This document shows positions 21,566 to 32,071 of a DNA stretch of 64,000 bases, one piece after another. This stretch comes from Gemmatimonadales bacterium. GTDB lineage: Bacteria > Gemmatimonadota > Gemmatimonadetes > Gemmatimonadales > GWC2-71-9. Positions within the stretch are counted from its first letter, which is position 1, and the number at the start of each line of letters is the position of its first letter. The stretch covers positions 576,001-640,000 of the forward strand of contig OZ252244.1 in the NCBI GenBank assembly GCA_965249575.1, read 5' to 3'. The notes under the pieces are model-generated. The model saw nothing but the letters and a program-made list of their open reading frames with translations. It was not told the DNA's origin and ran no database searches. The translations under genes and the position numbers were made by a program.

Positions 21566-22606
21566 ATGCTGATCGTCATGCAGCATGGGGCGTCTTCCGA
21601 CCAGGTGGAGCGCGTAGTCGACACGATCGAGGAGCTCGGCTATCAGGCCCGGCCAATGCCCGGCGCCCAGCGAACCGCCGTGGGCCTCGTGGGGAACGAC
21701 GGTCGGGTCGACTCGTCCCGCCTGTCCGCGCTCCCGGGCGTGAAGGAAGTCATACATGTCACCCAACCCTATAAACAGGTCTCCCGGGAGTGGAAATCGG
21801 ACAAGACGGTTATTGAGTTGCCGGGCGGACTGGCGATCGGAGCGGACGACATCGTGCTCATCGCCGGTCCCTGCTCGGTGGAATCCGCGTCGCAAATCAT
21901 CGAATCGGCTCGCGGCGTTCGAGCGGCCGGCGCGACCATCCTGCGTGGCGGAGCCTTCAAGCCCCGCACCTCGCCCTACGCGTTCCAGGGCTTGGGACTC
22001 AGTGGTCTCAAGCTCTTGGCTCAGGCCCGGGAGGAGACCGGACTGCTGATCGTGACGGAGGCCATGGACCCGGACGGTGTCGACATCGTGGCGGACTATG
22101 CGGACATTATTCAGATCGGCGCCCGCAACATGCAGAACTTCTCCCTCCTCAAGCACGCGGGGCGGTGCGGCAAGCCCGTGCTGCTCAAGCGGGGCATGTC
22201 CGCCACCATCACGGAGCTACTCCTCTCCGCGGAGTACTTGCTGGCCGAGGGAAACCACCAAGTCATCCTCTGCGAGCGTGGGATCCGCGGCTTCGATCCG
22301 GCTACTCGCAACGTCTTCGATCTCACCGCGATCCCACTGGTCCAATCGCTGAGCCACCTCCCGATCATCGCGGATCCGAGCCACGCAACCGGTCGTCGTG
22401 ACAAAGTCATTCCGATGGCGCGCGCCGCCGTGGCCGCGGGCGCCGACGGCGTGATGATCGAAGTGCATCCCGAACCGGATCGAGCGCTCTCAGATGGTGA
22501 TCAGAGCCTCTATCCTGACCAGTTCGAGGATTTGGTGCGTCAGACCCGGGTCATCGCCGAAGCTATCGGACGGCGCATCGCGGAACCGCTCCCGGTCGGC
22601 ACATGA
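21566..22606 (+). CDS. aroF: DAHP synthase (type I-beta, N-terminal regulatory domain)
   Basis: [40 protein letters not shown]. Confidence 0.95.
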   Translation: MLIVMQHGASSDQVERVVDTIEELGYQARPMPGAQRTAVGLVGNDGRVDSSRLSALPGVKEVIHVTQPYKQVSREWKSDKTVIELPGGLAIGADDIVLIAGPCSVESASQIIESARGVRAAGATILRGGAFKPRTSPYAFQGLGLSGLKLLAQAREETGLLIVTEAMDPDGVDIVADYADIIQIGARNMQNFSLLKHAGRCGKPVLLKRGMSATITELLLSAEYLLAEGNHQVILCERGIRGFDPATRNVFDLTAIPLVQSLSHLPIIADPSHATGRRDKVIPMARAAVAAGADGVMIEVHPEPDRALSDGDQSLYPDQFEDLVRQTRVIAEAIGRRIAEPLPVGT

Positions 22607-23241
22607 GGGTCGCCGCGCTGGCATTGCTGACGACGCCGCTCGCCGCGCAGGACGCCGTAACGGTGCTCGAGCGGGCCGAAAAGGCATCCGACCGGCTGTC
22701 GTCGCTGCAGGCGGAGTTCGTCCAGACGCTGGACAATCCGATGTTGGGCAATCCTGTGAAGTCGCACGGTACTCTTTTTCTCGTGCCACCGGATCACTTC
22801 GCCATGCGGTTCGACCAGCCAGAAGGCGATCGTCTGGTCGCAGACGGAACCTGGCTCTGGGCGTACACGCCAAGCACGGTGCCCGGACAGGTCGTTCGCC
22901 AATCGATTCCCCGGGACGGCGCTCTGACCCCGAACCTGATAGCGCAGTTCGTCGATCGGCCACTCGATCGGTACGACGCGAGTCATGTCGGCGTGGATTC
23001 AGTGGGCCGGGCGGTGGTGGATCTCGTGCGACTGGTCCCCCGGCAGGCGGGCTACGCGTTTCGGGAGGCCGTCATCGGCGTGAGCCGTGGGGACGGGCTG
23101 CTTCGCAGCATCTCACTCATCGAGGATTCCGGCCAGCGACGTAGCCTCGTTTTCGTCGCCATCGAGGTGGGCGTCGCGATCCCCGACCGCGAGCTGCGAT
23201 TCGAACCGCCTAGCGGGGTCAAAGTGGTCAGCCTTCCGTAG
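22603..23241 (+). CDS. lolA: Outer-membrane lipoprotein carrier LolA family
   Basis: Signal peptide, [29 protein letters not shown]. Confidence 0.82.
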   Translation: MRVAALALLTTPLAAQDAVTVLERAEKASDRLSSLQAEFVQTLDNPMLGNPVKSHGTLFLVPPDHFAMRFDQPEGDRLVADGTWLWAYTPSTVPGQVVRQSIPRDGALTPNLIAQFVDRPLDRYDASHVGVDSVGRAVVDLVRLVPRQAGYAFREAVIGVSRGDGLLRSISLIEDSGQRRSLVFVAIEVGVAIPDRELRFEPPSGVKVVSLP

Positions 23242-24067
23242 ACCCCAGGGCGCGGTCCACCTCCCGCACTTGGGCATCATCCAATCCCGCAAGCCTTGCA
23301 GTCGCCTGCGCCAGCACCCGGTAGAGCCTGACCTCTTCGGGTGACAAGGCTGCCGCGTGGCGACGAATGGTCTCCACATCACCCCTGGCAACAGGACCTG
23401 TCAGTGCCCCCTCGGGTCCTGCGGTGGCGAGGTTTTCGACTGCCCCCTGGATGAGCGCGAGCGCAGCATCCCACGCAAGCTCGCGCGACAGGCCGGCTCC
23501 TTCCAGCAAGTCGCGTGCGGTGGCCGCCAGGGTGACCACATAGTTAGACCCGAACACGGCACCAGCATGGCATTTCGCCTTGGATCCTGGCGTGATCGAG
23601 ACCGGCACCAACCCCACACGACGTGCCAGTTCGGAGGCGACCTCCACCGCGCTCCGATCTCCCTCAACGCCGGCCACGGCACCGCGCAAACGCTCCGGTG
23701 CCGTGTGCGGATCGGACAGGGCCTGCAGCGGGTGAAACGACCCCAGGGCGGCGCCACTCGGTTCGAGCTCCGCGAGCGCGCTGCGGTCCAACGCACCGCA
23801 GAGGTGAAGCACGGTATGGTGGCGCCGGATTTCACCGGATCTCGCGAGCAGACCGGCAACCTCCACGATGGCGTGGTCGGGTACGGCGAGGAGAATGACT
23901 TGCACGCCAGCGACCCAGGGCGGGTCACCCCCCCAAGAGACGTCGAGAGGTGCTGGCAGGCGTCGCTGGTGACGCCCATGCAGCCGGACGGAGAGGCCGG
24001 CTTCCGTGAACGCGACCCCCAGGCCTACGCCGGCCCTACCAGGACCGACGATCCCAACAGTGGTTAT
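23228..24067 (-). CDS. Rossmann-like + DUF2520 oxidoreductase (PanG-like); apparent ATA start
   Basis: Open frame extends 54 codons above the track start and includes VGIVGPGRAG; LAVPD, HLCGA, FHPLQ, LTGPVARGD. Confidence 0.8.
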   Translation of the reverse strand: MTTVGIVGPGRAGVGLGVAFTEAGLSVRLHGRHQRRLPAPLDVSWGGDPPWVAGVQVILLAVPDHAIVEVAGLLARSGEIRRHHTVLHLCGALDRSALAELEPSGAALGSFHPLQALSDPHTAPERLRGAVAGVEGDRSAVEVASELARRVGLVPVSITPGSKAKCHAGAVFGSNYVVTLAATARDLLEGAGLSRELAWDAALALIQGAVENLATAGPEGALTGPVARGDVETIRRHAAALSPEEVRLYRVLAQATARLAGLDDAQVREVDRALGSTEG

Positions 24068-25707
24068 TGCCGTGCAGCGGCCTCCACTGGTTCTTCCGCA
24101 AGCGCTATCAGCTCGGCAGTCGTTGATGCCCGTCCGAGCAGATCGATAGCCGCGAGTACCTCCAAGTCGACGGCCGCTCGGCGTTTGAACTCGGCTTCCT
24201 TGTCAAAGACGTAATGCGCAACCTCATATCCGATCTGCTGATTGACAAGCGTCTGCACCCCTGTCCACACAGAGTCGGGAATCTCAACCTCACGATCGCG
24301 CAGCCGGCGCAGGACATCGGCCCGCATGCTCGCGCTCACCCTGAAGCCGGGATCGGTCAGGCCGCCACCACCGTCGGCCTTGTACTCCAATGCATAGGCG
24401 GTCAACACGTCGCGATAGGCCTGCAAGTTCGAACCAAGCGCCCGGACGAACGCCCGCTCGGCCTCGTTGAGCAGCGCCGGCTGCACGACGATGTCAGGAT
24501 AGATGCCACCACCACCCTGAAGCACCCGCCCGCTACTCGTCCGATAGATGGCCGCGGTGTCGCTGGGCTCCCCACCATCAACCTCTGAATCGGCCGGCGG
24601 CGGCAAGCTATCGACCTTCGCAACCTCCAGAACGCTGTCCTGCGAGCTTGGCCGCTGAATGGAGCGACCGCTCGGTGTGAACCAGCGCGCCGTCGTGATC
24701 TTCAACGCCTGACTCTTGGAAAGTTGGAATAGCGTCTGTACAAGCCCCTTCCCGTAGGTCGGCGTGCCCAGGATCAGCGCTCGATCGTGATCCTGGAGCG
24801 CGCCCGCTATGATTTCGGCCGCGCTCGCAGTTCCCTGGCTCACCAAGACCACGATCGGGAGGTCCGGCCACGTCTGTTTCTTCTTGGCCGAGTAGGTGCG
24901 GGTTGCGCCGCTCCCTCGGCCGCGCGTCTCGACCACCGCCTGATCGGGATCCAAGAACAGGTCTGCCAGCGTGACGCCCTGATCGAGGAGCCCGCCCGGA
25001 TTCTCGCGTACGTCAAGGATCAGAGAGGTTGCCCCACCGTCGATCAGGCGGGCGATTTCGCTCGTCACCTCCTGGGGCGAGGACTCGCTCACCGTATTCA
25101 GTTGGAGGTAGCCTACCCCGCCTTCGAGCCGCGTGGCAATCCGCACCGACTTCACGTGGATCTTGGCTCGCGTGATCGTGAACGACAGCGGCTCCTCCAT
25201 GCCGGGCCGGCCGATCGAGAGCTGCACCTTGGAGCCAGCGTCCCCCCGGAGTTCGCGCACGGCATCCTGATCCTTCCATCCGTACGTCGACTCACCATCC
25301 ACCGCCACGATACGATCGCCCGAGGTGATCCCGGCCCGCTCGGCCGGAGTATCTGGTAGCGGGGCTATGACCGTTACCCAGCCGTCCCGCACGCCGATCT
25401 GAATGCCAAGACCGGCGTAGTTGCCCGTCGTGCTGAGCGTGAGATCCCGGTACTCCTTCTCCCGGAGGAACGTCGTGTACGGATCGTTCAGCTCATTGAG
25501 CATCCCGTCGATCGCCAGATCGTACAGATACCGCTCGTCGAGCGAGTCGACGTAGTAGTCGGCGACATGAGTGAGGATGTCGTCGAACAGCCGGGCTTTC
25601 TGATAGACGCTACCTTTCTGTTCGGACCCCCGCTGGAGGAGCCAGCCTCCCGAGAGGAACGACACGAAGGCAACGAGCACGAGCAGAATCACGCTCTGGC
25701 GCTTCAT
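24064..25707 (-). CDS. ctpA: Carboxyl-terminal processing protease, S41 family
   Basis: LNDPYT, GLGIQI (PDZ), LDVRENPGG, TASAAEI, TYGKG, TTARWFTPSGRSI. Confidence 0.93.
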   Translation of the reverse strand: MKRQSVILLVLVAFVSFLSGGWLLQRGSEQKGSVYQKARLFDDILTHVADYYVDSLDERYLYDLAIDGMLNELNDPYTTFLREKEYRDLTLSTTGNYAGLGIQIGVRDGWVTVIAPLPDTPAERAGITSGDRIVAVDGESTYGWKDQDAVRELRGDAGSKVQLSIGRPGMEEPLSFTITRAKIHVKSVRIATRLEGGVGYLQLNTVSESSPQEVTSEIARLIDGGATSLILDVRENPGGLLDQGVTLADLFLDPDQAVVETRGRGSGATRTYSAKKKQTWPDLPIVVLVSQGTASAAEIIAGALQDHDRALILGTPTYGKGLVQTLFQLSKSQALKITTARWFTPSGRSIQRPSSQDSVLEVAKVDSLPPPADSEVDGGEPSDTAAIYRTSSGRVLQGGGGIYPDIVVQPALLNEAERAFVRALGSNLQAYRDVLTAYALEYKADGGGGLTDPGFRVSASMRADVLRRLRDREVEIPDSVWTGVQTLVNQQIGYEVAHYVFDKEAEFKRRAAVDLEVLAAIDLLGRASTTAELIALAEEPVEAAARQ

Positions 25708-25735
25708 TCAGAGCCCTCCTAAAGCGACGAGGTTT

Positions 25736-26386
25736 TCAACCCGCAGATCGTCCAAAGGGTCCCCCCAGCCGAGCCAACACAACTTCCCACGCGTCGTCTG
25801 CCACTTGCCCGGGGTCCCGACTCGCATCCAAGTGCACAGTCGTTTCTCCTCGAGACTCGGCGAATGCCCTCGTTACCCGTTCATGCAGATCCCGTACCGC
25901 GCGCTCCATCCGGTCCGGCGTACGCCCGCGCGCAGCCTGTCGGGCGATCCCTACACGTAGGGGAACATCCAACACGAGCGTGAGGTTCGGCCTGAGGCCG
26001 CCCGTTGCAAGCCGATTGGCATCGAGTACTGGCCCCTCCGCCAGGCCCCGGCCCACCACCTGGTAGGCCATCGTCGAGAGCTCGTACCGGTCGCTCAGGA
26101 CCAGACAGCCGCGAGCCAATGCCGGCCGAATCACCTTGGTGACGAGATCCGCCCGCGCGGCCAACATGAGAAAGAGTTCCGCGAACTCGCTCGCGTCAAG
26201 AGTTGGATCGAGAGCAATGGCTCGCGCGGCTTCGGCCAGCGGTGTTCCGCCCGGTTCCCGCACTTCGACGACATCCGCACCAGCAGCCCGTAACCGGCTC
26301 CCAAGCTCCCCCACCAGCGTCGTCTTGCCGGCCCCCTCCGGTCCCTCCACGACAATGAAGGAACCCGTCCCTTGTCCGTCAGCCAA
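25736..26386 (-). CDS. tmk: Thymidylate kinase
   Basis: FIVVEGPEGAGKTT, REPGGT, SDRY, AYQ; TTG start inferred. Confidence 0.95.
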   Translation of the reverse strand: MADGQGTGSFIVVEGPEGAGKTTLVGELGSRLRAAGADVVEVREPGGTPLAEAARAIALDPTLDASEFAELFLMLAARADLVTKVIRPALARGCLVLSDRYELSTMAYQVVGRGLAEGPVLDANRLATGGLRPNLTLVLDVPLRVGIARQAARGRTPDRMERAVRDLHERVTRAFAESRGETTVHLDASRDPGQVADDAWEVVLARLGGPFGRSAG

Positions 26387-26735
26387 GCGTGATGATCGGG
26401 CTGGCAGCTCCCTTCGCAATGCCCTCCGCGATCTGCTGGTTGACCTTGATCATGAGCTTGTCGAAGTTCGACTGGGCCACCACGACGCCCTGGTAGGCGG
26501 CGTCGGATTGGACCGACGTGAGAAGCTCATTGTACGAGGCGGCGTCGGCCGACGACGGTTCGCCACCCTGCGCCACCCCCTGCTCGATCGATTGCGCAAG
26601 ATCCCGAAGCCGCTCAAGCTGTGCTCGCAGCTGCGGTTCCTCGCTCAACCGCGTTTCCGCACGTTTCAGGGCCTTGTATTCCTCGCTCTGGCCAATCAGG
26701 CGACCGAGTTCTTGCGACTTCTCAACGATCACCAT
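26379..26735 (-). CDS. YlbF/YmcA family regulator
   Basis: Helical 118 aa, AQELG-like start (SQELGRLIGQSEEYKAL), LMIKVNQQI. Confidence 0.72.
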   Translation of the reverse strand: MVIVEKSQELGRLIGQSEEYKALKRAETRLSEEPQLRAQLERLRDLAQSIEQGVAQGGEPSSADAASYNELLTSVQSDAAYQGVVVAQSNFDKLMIKVNQQIAEGIAKGAASPIITLG

Positions 26736-27619
26736 AACTCCCTGACCGCAAGTAGATAGCGGAATCGCCCGAACAGGTCGGTTCGCACGGTCACTTCATC
26801 CCAACCCAACCGGAGCGCGAGACTCCGCGCCTCACTGGCCCGTTGAGAATCTAGCTCAATCGCGAGCAATCCGCCGGGTTCGAGACGCTGTTTCGCATCC
26901 TCGAGGAGGCGTTTGGTGTGCACGAGGCCATCCTCGCCACTCACCAGTGCGCCGCGCGGCTCGAAGTTTCGTACGCTGGGATCCAGGCACCGAAACTCGT
27001 CGTTTGTCAGGTAGGGTGGGTTCGACACAATGACCGCAAAATGCTCGGGCTCGAGCGGCTCACAAAACGCACCGAGTCGAAACTCGAGCGCTGCGCCGGG
27101 GCACAGGCGCCGCTGGTTTTCCGTCGCGACGGCCAGCGCCCCTTCCGATACGTCGGTCGCGACCACCCGCTCGAAGCGGCCTTCGACAGCGAGACTCAAA
27201 GCGATTGCGCCGCTTCCCGTCCCCACATCGGCTATCGCCCCCCAGCACCCGTGTGCCGGCTCGAATCGTTCACGCGCCCAGCGAAGCACGCACTCGACGA
27301 GTCCCTCCGTCTCCGGGCGCGGAATCAGTACTCGCTGATCCACGCCCACCTCGAGCGACCGGAATCCTGCCGAGCCCGCGACGTATGCGAACGGTTCGCC
27401 GCGGGCGAGACGCGAGACCGACGCGCGGTAGCGCGTTACGATTCCCGGCGAGGCCTCGTTCCCGCGCTCGAGCCAAGTCCGACCCGCGTTCTCCCCTGCG
27501 AGTACCGCCCAGAGCGATCTCGCCGTGGAACGGGGGGACGGCACACGGGCGGCTTGCAACACGCGCGCGGCTTCGTCGAGCACCTCCCCAACTTTGGGTG
27601 CCACCCGGGTCTCAACCAA
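26729..27619 (-). CDS. prmC: Release factor glutamine methyltransferase
   Basis: GEPFAYV, VLIPRPETE, DVGTGSG, SNPPY; downstream of prfA. Confidence 0.95.
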   Translation of the reverse strand: MVETRVAPKVGEVLDEAARVLQAARVPSPRSTARSLWAVLAGENAGRTWLERGNEASPGIVTRYRASVSRLARGEPFAYVAGSAGFRSLEVGVDQRVLIPRPETEGLVECVLRWARERFEPAHGCWGAIADVGTGSGAIALSLAVEGRFERVVATDVSEGALAVATENQRRLCPGAALEFRLGAFCEPLEPEHFAVIVSNPPYLTNDEFRCLDPSVRNFEPRGALVSGEDGLVHTKRLLEDAKQRLEPGGLLAIELDSQRASEARSLALRLGWDEVTVRTDLFGRFRYLLAVRELW

Positions 27620-28670
27620 CGAGACGCTCCTCGCGCTGAGCCAGCCGTAACCGCTCGATTAGCTCAGCGAGATCCCCCTCGAGGACCTCATCCAGCCGGT
27701 GGAGCGAGAGGTTGATGCGGTGGTCGGTGACTCGGTTCTGCGGAAAGTTGTAGGTGCGGATTTTCGCCGAGCGGTCGCCGGTCCCGACCATCGCTCGGCG
27801 CTCTCTGGCCCGAGCGGATTCCTGCTCGGCGAGCATCCGGTCCAACAAGCGGGCCCGCAACACCTCGAGAGCCCGCAACTTGTTCTGTAGTTGTGACTTC
27901 TGATCTTGGCACTGGACCACCAAGCCGGACGGGAGGTGAGTGATTCGCACCGCGCTGTCGGTGGTGTTCACGCTCTGTCCACCAGGCCCGGAGGAACGGA
28001 ACACGTCGACCTTGAGATCCTTGTCCTCGATCTCGACGTCGACGTCCTCTGCGTCGGGCAGGACCGCCACTGTAGCCGCGGACGTGTGGATGCGCCCCTG
28101 GGCCTCGGTGGCGGGGACGCGTTGCACGCGGTGTACCCCAGATTCATATCGCAGCTGACCGAAGGCACGCGCCCCCCGCACCTTGAAGACAGCCTCACGG
28201 ACCCCACCCATCGTCCCCTCCGAAAGCGAGACCATGTCGGTTCCCCAGCCCTGCCGTTCGGCGTAGCGGGTATACATCCTCAGCAGGTCCGCCGCAAAGA
28301 GCGCCGCCTCGTCTCCACCGGTGCCGGCTCGGATCTCGACGATGGTGTCGCGATCCTCAAGTGGATCCGGTGGCACGAGGAGCAGCTGGAGCTCCTCCTC
28401 GACGGCGGCGAGGTCGGGTTCGATCCGCTCGACATCGGCGCGGGCGAGCTCTACCATCTCACTGTCCGACGAGCGCTGGAGCTCTCGCGACTGCTCGAGG
28501 TCACCTTGCAGCTTTTGGAGTTTGGCGGCAGTTCGGCGGATGCGGTCGAGGCGAGAGTGCTCCCGCCCGAGGGCCTTGAGCTTCGCGGCGTCCCGTGCCG
28601 TGGCCGGGTCGGCCAGCTGGCGTTCGACTTCGAGCGTACGAGCGAGCGCGGCTTCGAGCCGCGCTTCCAC
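27612..28670 (-). CDS. prfA: Peptide chain release factor 1
   Basis: EIRAGTGGDEA, HRVQRVPAT (PxT), GGQ, RTYNFPQNR; GTG start at 28670. Confidence 0.97.
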   Translation of the reverse strand: MEARLEAALARTLEVERQLADPATARDAAKLKALGREHSRLDRIRRTAAKLQKLQGDLEQSRELQRSSDSEMVELARADVERIEPDLAAVEEELQLLLVPPDPLEDRDTIVEIRAGTGGDEAALFAADLLRMYTRYAERQGWGTDMVSLSEGTMGGVREAVFKVRGARAFGQLRYESGVHRVQRVPATEAQGRIHTSAATVAVLPDAEDVDVEIEDKDLKVDVFRSSGPGGQSVNTTDSAVRITHLPSGLVVQCQDQKSQLQNKLRALEVLRARLLDRMLAEQESARARERRAMVGTGDRSAKIRTYNFPQNRVTDHRINLSLHRLDEVLEGDLAELIERLRLAQREERLVG

Positions 28671-28672
28671 GC

Positions 28673-28891
28673 CTACGATCCCTTCGGCTCGGCGACTCCC
28701 TTGTATCGCTGCCGGAATCGCTCCACCCGTCCGGCGGTATCGACGAGTTTCTGCTTGCCGGTAAAGAAGGGATGGCACTGGGCGCAGATCTCCACGTGAA
28801 TATCGGACAGCGTCGAACGCGTCTCGAAGGTATTTCCGCAGGCGCACTGAACCGCAGCGCGCTGATACGTCGGATGGATTCCAGGCTTCAC
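28673..28891 (-). CDS. rpmE: 50S ribosomal protein L31 (zinc-binding form)
   Basis: [28 protein letters not shown]. Confidence 0.97.
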   Translation of the reverse strand: MKPGIHPTYQRAAVQCACGNTFETRSTLSDIHVEICAQCHPFFTGKQKLVDTAGRVERFRQRYKGVAEPKGS

Positions 28892-28988
28892 GAGCGGCAC
28901 TCCGTTGGATTTCGCTTGGTCCCGGCTAATCGAGCGAAAATATAACCAGGGCACGAACTTGCGGGCAAGCGCACACCGTCCAGACGGT

Positions 28989-29017
28989 TTGACACGAAGC
29001 TCGGGCTGCGGTAATCT
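28989..29017 (+). promoter_or_regulatory. Sigma-70 promoter of the crp-like gene
   Basis: TTGACA-17 nt-TAATCT, 7 nt upstream of ATG 29025. Confidence 0.7.
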
Positions 29018-29024
29018 TGCCCCG

Positions 29025-29726
29025 ATGGCCGACACTTATTCGCCGAGACGACCTCTCATGTCGGTGCCCGGGTTCCTCCGTCGTGTCCCACTTTTCTCGC
29101 ATCTGAGCGAGCCCGAGTTGGAAAGACTCGGTGAGGTTACGCGCGAGCGAACGTATCCCAAAAAATGTGTGATCCTCTTCGAGGACGACCCTGGCGCCGC
29201 GTTGTATGTCGTGGGCGCGGGCCAAGTGAAGGTCGTGCTCATCGGAGAGGACGGGCGTGAGGTCATTCTCTCGGTACTCGGCGAGGGCGACTTCTTCGGC
29301 GAGATGGCGCTGATCGACGACGAGCCACGCTCGGCGCACGTGATCGCCATGCAGGATTCCAGCTTGCTGGTCCTGCGTCGGGAGGATTTCGAGCAACGCC
29401 TGCGGGAAGCCCCGACCATCGCGCTGGGCTTGCTCCGGGAGCTATCGCGACGCTTGCGGCAGGCCGACTCCAAGATCGGCGCCTTGGCTCTGCTGGACGT
29501 CAACGGGCGGGTGGCCCGCGTTCTGCTTCAAATGGCAGATGAAAACGATGGAACGACGATCGCCCGTCGCGTGACGCATCACACGATCGCACAGATGATC
29601 GGACCGAGCCGCGAGACCGTCTCCCGAACGCTCAAAGACCTGGCGGACCAGGGCCTGATCGCGGTCACCAAAGAGAACATCGTGGTCCGCGATCGAGGGT
29701 CCCTCGAGTCCGCCGCAGGTCGCTAG
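29025..29726 (+). CDS. Crp/Fnr family regulator, cAMP-binding type
   Basis: FFGEMAL, PRSA nucleotide pocket; HTH SRETVSR; no Fnr cysteine cluster. Confidence 0.93.
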   Translation: MADTYSPRRPLMSVPGFLRRVPLFSHLSEPELERLGEVTRERTYPKKCVILFEDDPGAALYVVGAGQVKVVLIGEDGREVILSVLGEGDFFGEMALIDDEPRSAHVIAMQDSSLLVLRREDFEQRLREAPTIALGLLRELSRRLRQADSKIGALALLDVNGRVARVLLQMADENDGTTIARRVTHHTIAQMIGPSRETVSRTLKDLADQGLIAVTKENIVVRDRGSLESAAGR

Positions 29727-29739
29727 TGAGCCCCGTCAC
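29726..29739 (+). promoter_or_regulatory. Candidate CRP operator
   Basis: GTGA-gccccg-TCAC core, about 61 nt upstream of the start implied by -10 TATCGT (29781-86). Confidence 0.55.
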
Positions 29740-29818
29740 CCAGTACCCGTGACCCTATGCATAGCAAACACTTAGCTCGGTATCGTATTTTGTACCCAAT
29801 GGCGGAGTCGGTTGGCCG

Positions 29819-30679
29819 GTGGCCTACCGATTGACTTTCTGGGGAGCCCGGGGGTCGATCCCGACCCCGGGTCCGGCTACCGCCCGATACGGAGGCAACA
29901 CGCCGTGCATCGCGGTGGAAGGATTGGTCAACAACCGTCTCGTGGTCTTGGACGCCGGCACCGGTATCCGACCGCTTGGAAAGATGCTGGCCGAGGCCCG
30001 AGACCCGACCCAGTTGGACCTGCTGTTGAGTCACACGCACTGGGACCACATTCAGGGTCTCCCGTTTTTCTCTCCTGGGCGAGAGAGCACCGTGCGGATT
30101 TGGGGACCCAAACAGGGGGACGTCGAGCTCGAGGACATCCTCCGCCAGCAGATGAATCCAGTGGTGTTTCCGGTCCCGCTGGAGTACGTGGCAGGAGAAT
30201 TGCAAGTAGATCACGTAGTACCGGGTGAGTTCGAGATCGACGGATTCACCGTCCGAGCGATCCGGCTCAGGCACCCGGGAAACACGCTCGGATACTCGCT
30301 CACACCTGCGGATGGCGCCGCGAGCATGGCGTACATTACAGACAACGAGCTGGGTTCGGGTGGAGATTATGACGAGGGACCGTCATGGCGCGACGACGTG
30401 CTCTCATTCCTCGACGGTGTGGACGTGTTGATTCACGACGCGATGTACACCCCCGGGGAGTTGGACCGGCACCGTGGCTGGGGGCATTCATCAAACCTCG
30501 AAGCGGTCGCGTTAGCGGTGGAATCGCGTGTCAAGCGACTCGTCCTGTTCCATCATCGACCGGAGCACGACGACGCGGCGATGGACGCGCTGGTACAGGA
30601 CGCGCAGCAGGCAGCCGCGCGGGCGGGACGGACGCTCGAAGTGGTCGCGGCGACGGAAGGATTGGAACTGACTCTATGA
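29819..30679 (+). CDS. MBL-fold hydrolase (putative cyclic-nucleotide phosphodiesterase-like)
   Basis: [47 protein letters not shown]. Confidence 0.88.
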   Translation: MAYRLTFWGARGSIPTPGPATARYGGNTPCIAVEGLVNNRLVVLDAGTGIRPLGKMLAEARDPTQLDLLLSHTHWDHIQGLPFFSPGRESTVRIWGPKQGDVELEDILRQQMNPVVFPVPLEYVAGELQVDHVVPGEFEIDGFTVRAIRLRHPGNTLGYSLTPADGAASMAYITDNELGSGGDYDEGPSWRDDVLSFLDGVDVLIHDAMYTPGELDRHRGWGHSSNLEAVALAVESRVKRLVLFHHRPEHDDAAMDALVQDAQQAAARAGRTLEVVAATEGLELTL

Positions 30680-30693
30680 GCGAGGAGGCATTT

Positions 30694-31425
30694 ATGCGGT
30701 GGCCCTTGGTAGTGGCCCTCGCCCTGGCGGCCGGGCTAGCGGCTCCGCTGGCTGACGAGGCCCACGCACAGGATTCGCGACCGGGAATCGCGGTCATGCC
30801 GTTCGAGAACGGCGGATCCTACGGGCAGGACAAGGAGGATTTCGAAGCCCTTCAAGTGGGGCTCGCCCAGATGCTGACCACAGAATTCGGCGTGAACCCG
30901 GGCATGCGGGTCGTGGACCGACGCGAGATCACCAATCTGCTCAAGGAGCAGGATCTGGCCGCATCGGGCCGGGTAGATCAAAACACCGCCGCGCGCATCG
31001 GGCGGCTCGTCGGAGCACGCTACATGGTCTTCGGAAACTTCGTGGACTTCTACGGCGATTTCCGAATCGACGCGCGCATCGTGAACGTCGAGACCAGCGA
31101 AATCGTCAAGACGGAGAAAGTTCGCGACAAGCGCGAGAATCTCTATACGCTCGTGACCGATTTGGCGAATCAGATCACCCGCGGGGTGAACTTACCGGCA
31201 CTTGCACAGCCGGCGTTGCAGCAGCGACGCTCGCGCAAGGTCCCGACCGAGGCCGTCACATATTACTCCCGGGCGCTTCTGTACGCCGATCGTGGCGACA
31301 GCCAGCGGGCCACTGAACTCTTCAACCGGGCCATCGAGATTTTCCCGGAGTACACCGAGGCCAAGCAGGGTGGTCGACTCGGCCACGGGCCGACTCGGGT
31401 TTATCGCGCGGCTGCGTATCGATGA
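30694..31425 (+). CDS. Exported CsgG/HfaB/FlgO-like protein with C-terminal TPR; last ~18 codons are foreign
   Basis: Signal peptide; [57 protein letters not shown]. Confidence 0.78.
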   Translation: MRWPLVVALALAAGLAAPLADEAHAQDSRPGIAVMPFENGGSYGQDKEDFEALQVGLAQMLTTEFGVNPGMRVVDRREITNLLKEQDLAASGRVDQNTAARIGRLVGARYMVFGNFVDFYGDFRIDARIVNVETSEIVKTEKVRDKRENLYTLVTDLANQITRGVNLPALAQPALQQRRSRKVPTEAVTYYSRALLYADRGDSQRATELFNRAIEIFPEYTEAKQGGRLGHGPTRVYRAAAYR

Positions 31426-32071
31426 GAGCTTCCCCGACGGCACACCGGTCGCGCTGCCAATCCTCAGCCGCGCGGTGATCGCCCAGCCGAGTCCCATCGC
31501 CCCGCCGGTCATTCAGATCGAGATTCCCATGGAAGGCCGGAAGGCGATTCACCTGCTGCCCGGGGATACCATCGTGTCAGAGCGGCGTGCCAGCACGTTC
31601 GACCAGATCGGCACCATCGCGGACATGATCGGGGGGGAGGTCAAGGCGACGCTCGAAGAGGCCCGAACGACCATGGGCAGCACGCAGCGGACGATGCACC
31701 GGGCGGCTTCGGTCATGTCGGGTACCGGTCCACGCGTCGAATCCGTGCTGAACGAGCTGATTACGAGCCTCGAGCGAGCCGACCGAGTGTTGGCCACCAT
31801 GGAGCCCCGTGTCGAGCCGATCCTGGACAGCGTCGCGGCCACGGTCAACGAGGCCCGCCAGATCGTCACGCGCCTGGACTCGGCGGCTGGCACGATCCAC
31901 AATACGACGGTGGACACGCGGGAAGCGCTCGAGAAAACGGTGCAGCACCTCGAGCGGGCGGCTGCCGCGATCGAGCGGCTGGCTCAGCAAGTGAGCCTTC
32001 GCCCCCTTCGTATCTTGACCGGTGTTAAGCCCGAGGAAACCGATTCGACACCCCCGACTACGCAGCCATGA
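31370..32071 (+). pseudogene. 5'-truncated MlaD/MCE family protein
   Basis: Begins mid beta-domain ([10 protein letters not shown]...SRAVIAQPSPI..VIQIE..LLPGDTI), long helical region, ends PLRILTG; no N-terminal TM anchor. Confidence 0.62.
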
